NCBI GenBank assembly: GCA_045120465.1
Contig: JBGVEW010000052.1
Coordinates: 22,635-86,634 of the forward strand
Reading direction: 5' to 3'
DNA: 64,000 bases
Source: Eubacteriales bacterium
GTDB taxonomy: Bacteria; Bacillota; Clostridia; Oscillospirales; CAG-272
Shown here: positions 56,385 through 64,000 of the stretch, in pieces
Layout: every line of letters begins with the position of its first letter
How positions within the stretch are numbered: position 1 is the first letter of the stretch
Made by a program: the position numbers and the translations under genes
The notes under the pieces: model-generated
The model's database searches: none
What the model saw: the letters and a program-made list of their open reading frames with translations, nothing else
Told to the model about the DNA's origin: nothing

Positions 56385-58604
56385 TTATTGAAAGCGTTCG
56401 ATAATGTCATCCTGCAAGCGATCGCAGATATCCACGAAAACACCGCTGTAGCCCGTGACACGAACACGGATGTCTCGGTGAAGCGAGGGATTTTTGCGTG
56501 CGTCGAGCAGATCTTCGAGCGTGGTGCAGGAAACCTGCGCGTGGAGACCGCCTCGGTTGAAATAGGTGGCAAGGAGAGAGGCAAAAATCGCGTGCCCGCT
56601 CTCTCCCACAAACTGCTTTGCATCCACGTCCAGATTCAAAGCTCCCGACACCAAGCCGTCTTTGGGAAGGTGAAGCATGGAGTTGAACATTGCGGTCAAT
56701 CCGTTTTTGCACGCCCCGTTAGAGGGGCGCGTGTTTTGTGAAAAAGGGGTGTGCGCGCGTCTGCCGTCCGGGGTCGCGCCAAAGTCCTCCCCCATTTTGA
56801 GGTGCCACGTGTCGCTTTGGAAGCAGGGCACGAGGAAGAGGCGTTCTTTTTCAAAATACGGATGGCATTTTTGAATCACCGTATCCGTAATCGCCTTGGA
56901 AAGCCTTGCAACGTGTGCGTTGGAAAAGGGGGTATCCATGCCGTATTTATCGGCATTGCGGCAGAGCGCGAGGAGTTCGGGAAATCCTTCAAAATCCGCA
57001 TCGACCGCGCGCAGAAGCTCGGAGAGTGTCAAACGCTTTTCACGAATGACTAATTTGTCGATTGCGATGATGGAATCCACCACTGTGCCAAACATCTGAA
57101 AGGGCTGAAGCTCAAAATGATAGGTTGCGCATACGGAGTGCGTTTGACCGCTTTCCATCACATCCGTGAGGAAGCAATCGCCAAAGGTCAAAGCCGCCCA
57201 CGGGTTTCGCTTGCGGACCGAAAGCTCGCGGGAGAGGATCGACAGCTTTCGGTCGATAAATTCCGACAGCCGTTTGAGTAATCCATCGTAAACATCGTCG
57301 ATCGTAAGGGAGTCGGGAGCTTTCTTTGCCAGCTCACGCAAAACGAGCATCAGGTCCTCGGGATAGGCGTGCGGTGTGTTGGTGCGCATAAAGGGAATGT
57401 TGAGCGCGTGCGTCTCCTCGTCGGTTTGATAGACCTTCATATGGACGCTCTTGGGAGGAGCTTGCATCCAAACGCCTCTCTCGCCGGGGGAGCACCAGTT
57501 GCATCCAAAGTGCGCGTACTGACGTGCGTCCGCTTTGGGAAGACCGAGACGCTCAAACGCGGAAATGACGTTTCCGTCGTTATAGAACATGAGAGAGGAA
57601 GCGGCAAGAGCGCGGTCGCACAGCGTGCGCCACAGGTGCGGTGCGGTTTGATCCATGCCCGTTACGTAACGAACGACCACAACGGGATTTTTGAAGGCGG
57701 GGACGATACACTCTGCCATCAATTCGGTCAACTCGTTTACTGCGAGATCACCGTTTTCGTCCGTGCCCCCAAGCAAGAGGTATTGCGGTGCGTCAAAATT
57801 GGGAATGCGGGCAAACGTAGTGCTGTTGGTTTCATCTCCCACTTGATGCTCACCGCGCCCCATAATGAGATTGTGCTTGCAATAGTAATCCGTGATATCC
57901 TTCGCAACGTCCTCTCGGGTCGTCCTTCCGCTTTTGAGGTCGGCTTGGTAATAAGGATAGAGGAGTTGGTCGAGCCGTCCCACCGTCAAGGTAGGATTTT
58001 CCGAAACGTAGGCACAGTTGATCAGCGTGACCATCCAGAGCAATTGCAATGCGGAAGAAAAGCTGTCGGGGGGAGCGGTTGCAACGCGGCGCAGATTGCA
58101 TGCGACATCGTCTTTTCCCATGCTTTGCGCTACGTCGGCGTAGCGGAGTGCAAAAGAAATGATGGCATCGTAAATTTCAACCATCGCTTCCGCAAATGCC
58201 GACTCTCTGTCGTCGGTGGCACGGTTCCGTCTTGCGAGCACCTGCGCACGGAGCCCGGAAAGCCCTCGCTCCAAAAGAGTTCCCCAAGAGTAGGTGCAAT
58301 GTCCGGATGAGAGAAATAGATTATGGGCGGGGTAGTCGGGATGCTTGAGATACGCTTGAAAGCGTGCTTCCTCCTCCTCGCAAAGTTCGCGGTCCACGAC
58401 TCTTCCGGCAATCCGATCATACGGCTCTATTGGGAGAGAGACGCGCGAGAGAAGGATCGATAGCGCACGAGAAAAACGCTTGGGTTGAACGAGCTCGGGA
58501 CAATCGGATTTGATTTCATCGAGGATCAAAAAGCGTTCTGCGGAGGTGGCGCGTATTGGTTTTTCGGTCAAAGCGAGCGTGGCTTCCCTGATATTTCGTT
58601 CCAT
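56385..58604 (-). CDS. Glycyl radical enzyme, PFL2-like family, substrate unknown (GRE-2)
   Basis: C-terminal RVRVTGYSGVF (Gly codon 56451-56453). Unusual Cys loop HFGCNWCSPGE (Cys codons 57501-57503 and 57492-57494). AAAGGAGG RBS, 13 nt after the transporter stop. Confidence 0.85.
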   Translation of the reverse strand: MERNIREATLALTEKPIRATSAERFLILDEIKSDCPELVQPKRFSRALSILLSRVSLPIEPYDRIAGRVVDRELCEEEEARFQAYLKHPDYPAHNLFLSSGHCTYSWGTLLERGLSGLRAQVLARRNRATDDRESAFAEAMVEIYDAIISFALRYADVAQSMGKDDVACNLRRVATAPPDSFSSALQLLWMVTLINCAYVSENPTLTVGRLDQLLYPYYQADLKSGRTTREDVAKDITDYYCKHNLIMGRGEHQVGDETNSTTFARIPNFDAPQYLLLGGTDENGDLAVNELTELMAECIVPAFKNPVVVVRYVTGMDQTAPHLWRTLCDRALAASSLMFYNDGNVISAFERLGLPKADARQYAHFGCNWCSPGERGVWMQAPPKSVHMKVYQTDEETHALNIPFMRTNTPHAYPEDLMLVLRELAKKAPDSLTIDDVYDGLLKRLSEFIDRKLSILSRELSVRKRNPWAALTFGDCFLTDVMESGQTHSVCATYHFELQPFQMFGTVVDSIIAIDKLVIREKRLTLSELLRAVDADFEGFPELLALCRNADKYGMDTPFSNAHVARLSKAITDTVIQKCHPYFEKERLFLVPCFQSDTWHLKMGEDFGATPDGRRAHTPFSQNTRPSNGACKNGLTAMFNSMLHLPKDGLVSGALNLDVDAKQFVGESGHAIFASLLATYFNRGGLHAQVSCTTLEDLLDARKNPSLHRDIRVRVTGYSGVFVDICDRLQDDIIERFQ

Positions 58605-58617
58605 GCGGTTCCTCCTT

Positions 58618-59562
58618 TTATAAGAGACTCATGCTGACGATTCCCAGCATGGCAACGGCAGAGCCAAGGAGACTGCGCCGTGTGATTCGCTCTCCAAAGA
58701 AGAGCATTGCGGTAAAGGTGACGGTGATCAGGCAACCGCCCTTGATGATCGGGTACAACACCTGAGAGGGCATACCAAGGTCTGCGGTTGCAACGGTTTG
58801 CAGGTAGTTTGCGGCAAAGAGACAGATTGCCATGGTGAGGATATGGAGCACGATGCCGATCGAAAGGTGCGCTTTTGTGGCGCGCGTTCCTTTTTCGTTC
58901 GTTTTGCGGTTACGGATCAACGTCCCCGCCCAAAAGAGGAGGAGAGCTACCGCCGCAAAGAAAAAGGTATAAACGTGAAAGACCGATTTGGGGTAGAATA
59001 CGTTGTGCGTCAGCGCTCCTGCCTCGGTGTAAAACTGCTTGTAGAGTTGTTGCGCAAAGCCGGACACTCCGTCGCCGATGGCGGCAAAAATCAGCAGGAT
59101 CAACCCCGAAGCACTGCTTTGGGAGGCGGCCTTAGGTTTTCCGCCCGCGAGGATGACCGTTGCCCCGAGGATCATGGCAAAGCCGAGCATTTTGGGAACG
59201 GAGATCGCTTCGCCAAAAAAACAAGCGCACAAAACGGCAGGGAGGAGAGAGCCCATTGTAAGCCCTACGTCTACGAGCACCATGGAGTTTTTTTGTATCG
59301 CCAACAGCCAGCCAACCAAAAACGCCGCATTGGCAAGTCCCGAAAGGGCGCAGATCAAAAGCATTTGCCATTCGGGAAGGAGGGAACCTTGCGCTCCTTC
59401 AAAAAAGACGAACAGCACACCGATTGCGATGCAGAATACCATTCTTAATAAATTGAAGAGAAGTGCGTCTGCCGTAGAGGAGGCGTAACAGCTGATTCTT
59501 TTGCCGCAATAGCCCTTTACCGAAAGGGCAAGCAGGGCAAGTGCAATGATTCCGTAAACCAA
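58618..59562 (-). CDS. DMT-superfamily (EamA-like) transporter, 10 TM
   Basis: Two EamA-like halves, ending FGERITRRSLLGSAVAMLGIV. Start set to TTG 59562 (GGGGGA 7 nt upstream). The track's 59808 start would cover the divergent promoter and the araC start. Confidence 0.75.
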   Translation of the reverse strand: MVYGIIALALLALSVKGYCGKRISCYASSTADALLFNLLRMVFCIAIGVLFVFFEGAQGSLLPEWQMLLICALSGLANAAFLVGWLLAIQKNSMVLVDVGLTMGSLLPAVLCACFFGEAISVPKMLGFAMILGATVILAGGKPKAASQSSASGLILLIFAAIGDGVSGFAQQLYKQFYTEAGALTHNVFYPKSVFHVYTFFFAAVALLLFWAGTLIRNRKTNEKGTRATKAHLSIGIVLHILTMAICLFAANYLQTVATADLGMPSQVLYPIIKGGCLITVTFTAMLFFGERITRRSLLGSAVAMLGIVSMSLL

Positions 59563-59641
59563 ATTCGTTTCCCCCGTTTGTTTTGGTGATTCTATTATAA
59601 CAGAAAGGAAAAGGCTTGGGAATGTATTATTGTGATAAACC

Positions 59642-59670
59642 TTGACTTTTCTGCACAAAGATGATACAAT
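59642..59670 (+). promoter_or_regulatory. Promoter for the third araC gene
   Basis: TTGACT (59642-59647), 17 nt spacer, TACAAT (59665-59670). Confidence 0.6.
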
Positions 59671-59697
59671 AAAGCAGAGAAAGAGAGGGGGATTGAC

Positions 59698-60540
59698 GTG
59701 AGAGTTATAACTCCGTGGGCACTTTGCCGACAAAATGCGGACCTGGAGATTCTTGCTGTTTTGCGAGAGCATTGGACACCCAAAAAGGAATTTTCGCTCC
59801 ACAAGCACAAGGAACGCCCAACGTCTGCGCTGTTTTTCGTGTGTTCAAAGGTCGAAGTGGCGTTTGAAACACCAAGCGGCGAGCGGATGATCACAGCGCA
59901 GGAGGGGGATGCGGTCTTTATTCCCAAGGGGAGCCTTTACGAGGCACGCGTGGTGTCAAATTCCCCCGATCCGATCGATACCTATACCGTAAACCTGCAC
60001 ATTTATGGCGAGGGAAGGGAAGAATTGCTCTTGTCGGAGGGGATTTCGCTCTTGTCTCATGACGCCTCAGGAGTGTACGCAACGCATCTCAAAGCCTTGT
60101 CGGATGCCTTTTACGGTGTCACGGGAGGAGGGGGCTCCAACATGGTGCGAAGCAAGGGAGAGCTCTTCTTGCTGCTGGATCGCATCGGGAATGCGGCGTC
60201 CCCAAAGGAAGAATTTTACTATCCGATCCGTCGAGGTGCCGACGCGATGCGTGAGGAGTGGTGGCTCAATGAAAAAATAGAAAAATATGCACAGATGAGC
60301 GGTGTCAGCGTCACCTATTTTTACCGATGCTTCCGTAACTGGTCGGGCAAAAGCCCCGTTGAGTACCGTACGGCGCTTCGCCTTTCTCATGCGGAGGGAC
60401 TTTTGCGCGGAACCGATATCGGGATCCGCGAGATCTCCCAATCGGTGGGCTTTGAGGATCCGTTCTATTTTTGCCGCGTGTTCGAAAAGGCATACGGAAC
60501 GTCGCCCCGCCGTTACCGCACACAATGCCGCAACGGTTGA
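59698..60540 (+). CDS. AraC family transcriptional regulator
   Basis: Cupin-like N-domain (AQEGDAVFIPKGSLYEARV) and AraC HTH pair (VTYFYRCFRNWSGKSPVEYRTALRLSHAEGLL...FCRVFEKAYGTSPRRYR). GTG start has GAGGGGG upstream. Confidence 0.85.
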   Translation: MRVITPWALCRQNADLEILAVLREHWTPKKEFSLHKHKERPTSALFFVCSKVEVAFETPSGERMITAQEGDAVFIPKGSLYEARVVSNSPDPIDTYTVNLHIYGEGREELLLSEGISLLSHDASGVYATHLKALSDAFYGVTGGGGSNMVRSKGELFLLLDRIGNAASPKEEFYYPIRRGADAMREEWWLNEKIEKYAQMSGVSVTYFYRCFRNWSGKSPVEYRTALRLSHAEGLLRGTDIGIREISQSVGFEDPFYFCRVFEKAYGTSPRRYRTQCRNG

Positions 60541-60698
60541 CACGGTTTTGTTTTTGCTTGCGCAAGATTGATTTTTTAGAGAAAAGCGTTTGGAATCGAG
60601 CTTTTTTTCTTGACTTTCCAAAACGTTTATGTTATACTGAAAATGGATAATTATAGAGACGAAAACGTAAATTCGTACAAAAGAGAGGAACGCAACGC

Positions 60699-63452
60699 AT
60701 GAAAAAGAATTTGAGAAGCATGATTGAGATTCTGCCGCAGGATACGCCGCAGTGTCTGGTGGATATGAATCAATACGACCTGATCGAGAGCACGGGAATG
60801 CTCCCGAATCTGGCACATAAAAAGAGTGCGCATATGACGGCGGCGTGGAATCCCGCAAAACTTTCTCGCACGGTCATTCCCATGGGCGGATCGGATCTGT
60901 CCGGATACCGTTACCTCACCTTTTCGGTGTTTGGATCGGGATGTACGGGGCTTTCCTTCCGCTTGATGTTTGATAACAGTCTCGACGGTGACGGCAAAAA
61001 CGGATATGCCGTACAGTTGTTTGTTACCAAGGACGGCTGGAACGATTATCGCATCGAGTTGCCCTTTATGCATAGCGTAAGAGAAGCGGAGGGCTGGGAT
61101 CATATCGGCAGCATTACGCTCGAATACCTCACGGGGCTTGACGGCACGCGCGCGGGGACTCTGTACCTCGACAGCTTCTTCATTTATGCGGATTACGTCG
61201 CACCCCTTTACACAAAAATGCCGGAGCTCAAGGGGGCTGCACTCTTTTCCAAAACGGGGAACTTCAGCATCATCGACCGCAAGCGGATCCCCAATTCGCT
61301 CGACGGTGCGGATGCCAAGCCCTTTGAGGAGGACGGTGTGCTTTGGCTTCCCATGGCACCCGTTGCGGCGGGAATCGCGTTTTCCGCGGTTGCCGATAAC
61401 CGCGCTTTGACCTTGAACTTTACCTATCGTCGCAAAAAATACGCTTTTTCTGCGGAATCCGATCAAATGACGGTGGACGGTGAGCCTGTTTCTCTCGGCT
61501 TCTATCCCAAAACGCGCGGAGGTATGCTCTTTTTCCCCGCAGACTTCGTGCGCGAGTTCTTCCGCTGGAGACAGATCTTTACCGATCCGATGGGGCTTGT
61601 CGTGCTTTCCAACCGCCGCGGCATTTTCCAGAGTGTACGTGACGAGGGCGTGATCTGGCAGTTGATCGCAGATATGACCTTCCTGCGCCCCACGGGTGAG
61701 CGGATTTTGGCAGATCTGCACCGCCGCTTCCCGAATCCCACGCGCGGCAGACTCCTTCTTAGCCATGACGAGCTGATGCAGCTTCGCCGCAACGTCAAGG
61801 AGGACGCAAATCTCAAGGAATACGTAACCGCTCTCAAATCCCGCTACGGGGTTGGCAGTGCAGCGTTTGCGGCTTCCGAGATCCCCGCGCTCCTTCCCAG
61901 AACCGCGCAGGAATTGGCGGAGGAATTGCTCGATTCCGCGGATAAGATCCTCGCGTTTTCCACCCTTTACCGCGTGACGGGGGATAAGAAATACTGCGAA
62001 CGTGCCGCGCGCGAATGTGAGGCGTTGGCGGAATTTAAGGATTGGAGCTCACAGACCATGTCGGTCACGGGTACGGTCTCTCTCTCGGTCGCACTCTGCT
62101 ACGATTGGTGCCACCATACGTGGAGCGAGGGCAGAAAGGCGATCGTTGAGCGCGCGCTCCTTCGCAACGGTATGCGCGTAGGTCTTGAATGTTACGACGG
62201 TAAGAGAAGAATGTGGATCACCGGCGGTACTGCGGCGGCGGTCGTCAATGCGGGTATGCTTGCCATGGCGTTGGCTCTTGCCGATATCTATCCCGAAACC
62301 GCGCATAAGCTTCTTGACCGTATTTTGCGCAACGTGGAGCCTTGCTTTGCCTCCTACGCTCCCGACGGTGGCTACTGTGAAGGAATTGCCGCGTGGGAAA
62401 AGAGCTTCCGTTCGCTTTCTTTGATCATCGCAATGCTCGAAAAGGCTTGCGGAGAGGACTACGGACTCCTGTCCGCTCCCGGCTTTGCCGCAACCGCTTA
62501 TTTCCCGATCTGTACCGAGACCGCAAACGGTGCTTGGAACTATCATAACACCGAGCAAGCTCCCATCGATACTTCCATGATGTTCTGGCTCTCTTCCAAA
62601 ATCAACAATCCCACGCCCGCTTGGATGCGCCGTCAGCAGCTTCTCTCGGGACAAAAACAGGTACATCCCTTCGATATCGTATTCTATACTCCGGTTGACG
62701 ACGGACTTTCTCAACGGCTTCCCACCGATGCCGTTTACCGCAAGGCGGGGCTTGCAATCATGCGTTCGGGATGGGGACGCGAGGATATTTTCGTTGGTCT
62801 CCACGGTGGAAACAACGCGGAGGTCAACGGTGACCTTGACGCGGGCAGCATCGTTTTGGATGCGGGAGGCGTTCGCTTCTTTGCGGAAACCGGCGGAATC
62901 GCAGGGCTTCCCATTATGCTTCGCCGTCGTGCCGCAGGGCAGAACACGATCGTGGTCAATCCCACCGAGGAGCCGGCTCCCGACCAAAACCCCTTGGCAC
63001 TTGCAAAGCTGACTGAAATGAAGGGAAGCCCCGAGCATATTTACGCGGTCGTGGATATGGCATCCACCAATGACGCGATCTTGCGCGGTAAGCGTGGCGT
63101 AATGCTGACCGATAACCGTTCTACCGTTGTGATTCAGGATGAATTGGTGCTCTCCGAGCCATCCGTTGTGGTTTGGACGGTATATACCCCTGCATCTGTT
63201 ACGCTTCTCTCGGGTGGAAAAAGCGCAAGATTGGATAAGGACGGCAAGACCCTCCTTTGTAAGATCGGTGGCTTTGGACAAGCAAGATTTGAGTGCGAAG
63301 CGGTGGAAGGGTGCGAGTTGACCCGTCTCTTCATTCGCATGGAGGTCAAGCAACGCTTGCGCCTCTCGGTTGCCTCGACGTTGGTAAGCGAGGACGAGAT
63401 CGCAACCAAAAAACTGTACGAAACCGCGCCCATTAGCACGTGGGGCGAATAA
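60699..63452 (+). CDS. Large heparinase II/III-like protein (917 aa) with extra N-terminal beta-rich domains, no signal peptide
   Basis: Central alpha-toroid region (YRVTGDKKYCERAARECEAL...ALCYDWCHHTW) and a C-terminal heparinase II/III-type beta-sandwich (GLHGGNNAEVNGDLDAGSIVLDAGGVRFFAETGG). The first ~330 aa hold a CBM-like segment and a copper-amine-oxidase-N-like segment. Confidence 0.75.
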   Translation: MKKNLRSMIEILPQDTPQCLVDMNQYDLIESTGMLPNLAHKKSAHMTAAWNPAKLSRTVIPMGGSDLSGYRYLTFSVFGSGCTGLSFRLMFDNSLDGDGKNGYAVQLFVTKDGWNDYRIELPFMHSVREAEGWDHIGSITLEYLTGLDGTRAGTLYLDSFFIYADYVAPLYTKMPELKGAALFSKTGNFSIIDRKRIPNSLDGADAKPFEEDGVLWLPMAPVAAGIAFSAVADNRALTLNFTYRRKKYAFSAESDQMTVDGEPVSLGFYPKTRGGMLFFPADFVREFFRWRQIFTDPMGLVVLSNRRGIFQSVRDEGVIWQLIADMTFLRPTGERILADLHRRFPNPTRGRLLLSHDELMQLRRNVKEDANLKEYVTALKSRYGVGSAAFAASEIPALLPRTAQELAEELLDSADKILAFSTLYRVTGDKKYCERAARECEALAEFKDWSSQTMSVTGTVSLSVALCYDWCHHTWSEGRKAIVERALLRNGMRVGLECYDGKRRMWITGGTAAAVVNAGMLAMALALADIYPETAHKLLDRILRNVEPCFASYAPDGGYCEGIAAWEKSFRSLSLIIAMLEKACGEDYGLLSAPGFAATAYFPICTETANGAWNYHNTEQAPIDTSMMFWLSSKINNPTPAWMRRQQLLSGQKQVHPFDIVFYTPVDDGLSQRLPTDAVYRKAGLAIMRSGWGREDIFVGLHGGNNAEVNGDLDAGSIVLDAGGVRFFAETGGIAGLPIMLRRRAAGQNTIVVNPTEEPAPDQNPLALAKLTEMKGSPEHIYAVVDMASTNDAILRGKRGVMLTDNRSTVVIQDELVLSEPSVVVWTVYTPASVTLLSGGKSARLDKDGKTLLCKIGGFGQARFECEAVEGCELTRLFIRMEVKQRLRLSVASTLVSEDEIATKKLYETAPISTWGE

Positions 63453-63460
63453 TGCAACAA

Positions 63461-63532
63461 GGGCGAGCCGATGTCAATCGCGCTCGCCCTCCTTTTGTAA
63501 ATAAAAGAGGACTGCCACAGCAGTCCTCTTTT
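63461..63532. terminator. Two convergent terminator hairpins
   Basis: GGGCGAGC-n13-GCTCGCCC followed by TCCTTTTG (63461-63489). AAAAGAGGACTGC-caca-GCAGTCCTCTTTT (63503-63532). Confidence 0.75.
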
Positions 63533-63542
63533 GGTATTCAGA

Positions 63543-63911
63543 TCAATCCTTAGCCTTGTTGTACTTGGTGCTGCCGATCTTGATGTAATCATCGCCTTCT
63601 TCAAAAGCAACGGGCTCTTTCAGAGCGTCTGCAAATGCCTGTACGGCTGCGTCTGCGCTGTCGTCAAGCTCGGGGAAGGAGAAGGAAATTTTGTCATCCT
63701 TGATCTCGTAATTTGCCTCAATCGAGCCAATCTCTTTACCGACTACGGTGATTGCGATCGTTACCTTGTTGCCGTTAAAGGTCAAAACCGTTCCATTGCC
63801 CAAGACGGTTGCCTGATACTTACCGGAGAGCGTTTTTGCACACGCTGCCAAGGTTAAAACGGACATAACCAAAACAAGTGCCAATGCGATGAGTTTGATG
63901 GTGTTTTTCAT
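63543..63911 (-). CDS. Small secreted lipoprotein, function unknown
   Basis: MKNTIKLIALALVLVMSVLTLAAC signal peptide with lipobox. AAAGGAG RBS before ATG 63911. Confidence 0.7.
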   Translation of the reverse strand: MKNTIKLIALALVLVMSVLTLAACAKTLSGKYQATVLGNGTVLTFNGNKVTIAITVVGKEIGSIEANYEIKDDKISFSFPELDDSADAAVQAFADALKEPVAFEEGDDYIKIGSTKYNKAKD

Positions 63912-64000
63912 GTTTTTTACTCCTTTGGGTGAATTTGATGTGATACTTGCGTGATCACTATAACACATTATAGCAGAAATGTCCGAAAATGTCAATGGAT

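Overview
This is a 64-kb chromosomal segment from a moderately GC-rich Gram-positive anaerobe. Gene order is Clostridia-like, with AGGAGG-type ribosome-binding sites, TTGACA/TATAAT promoters and hairpin-plus-T terminators. I call about 50 protein genes, one tRNA, two riboswitches, several promoters/operators and terminators, and three kinds of non-coding repeat.

The supplied ORF track reports the longest ATG/GTG/TTG ORF and only ORFs closed inside the window. I therefore re-chose many starts by RBS. I also added one edge-truncated gene missing from the track, a P-type ATPase on the minus strand at 1-1797.

Gene content, left to right:
- Ca-type P-type ATPase (partial), an unknown 675-aa protein, cardiolipin synthase and FtsK.
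- AraC + GH2.
- panT-coaX-MFS operon, a flavin reductase and a heparinase II/III-like protein.
- TetR + acyl-CoA ligase, and a two-gene ThrE-type exporter.
- The conserved yybS-gdpP-rplI-dnaB-tilS-ftsH block.
- THF-riboswitch-folT-folC, preQ1-riboswitch-queT and cca.
- A minus-strand run of rlmB / degenerate P-type-ATPase-like protein / fused radical-SAM protein / aldose epimerase.
- tRNA-Ser(GGA), followed by a visibly AT-richer accessory stretch with a membrane protein and a BspA-type LRR lipoprotein.
- A beta-helix protein.
- Two different orphan glycyl-radical enzymes (GREs) in AraC-controlled loci, with a single activase, an aldo/keto reductase, a DMT transporter and a 917-aa heparinase-like protein.
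- Between the two GRE loci: an AT-rich XRE islet, perR-rubrerythrin and galT.

Most worth a second look:
- The two orphan GRE loci.
- The P1B-ATPase-like protein in which every catalytic motif is replaced.
- A ~190-bp structured intergenic repeat whose two copies show compensatory stem changes.
- A tandem array of seven mini-hairpins downstream of tRNA-Ser.

No CRISPR array, rRNA, transposase or integrase was recognised. All family assignments rest on motif reading by eye, not on database searches.
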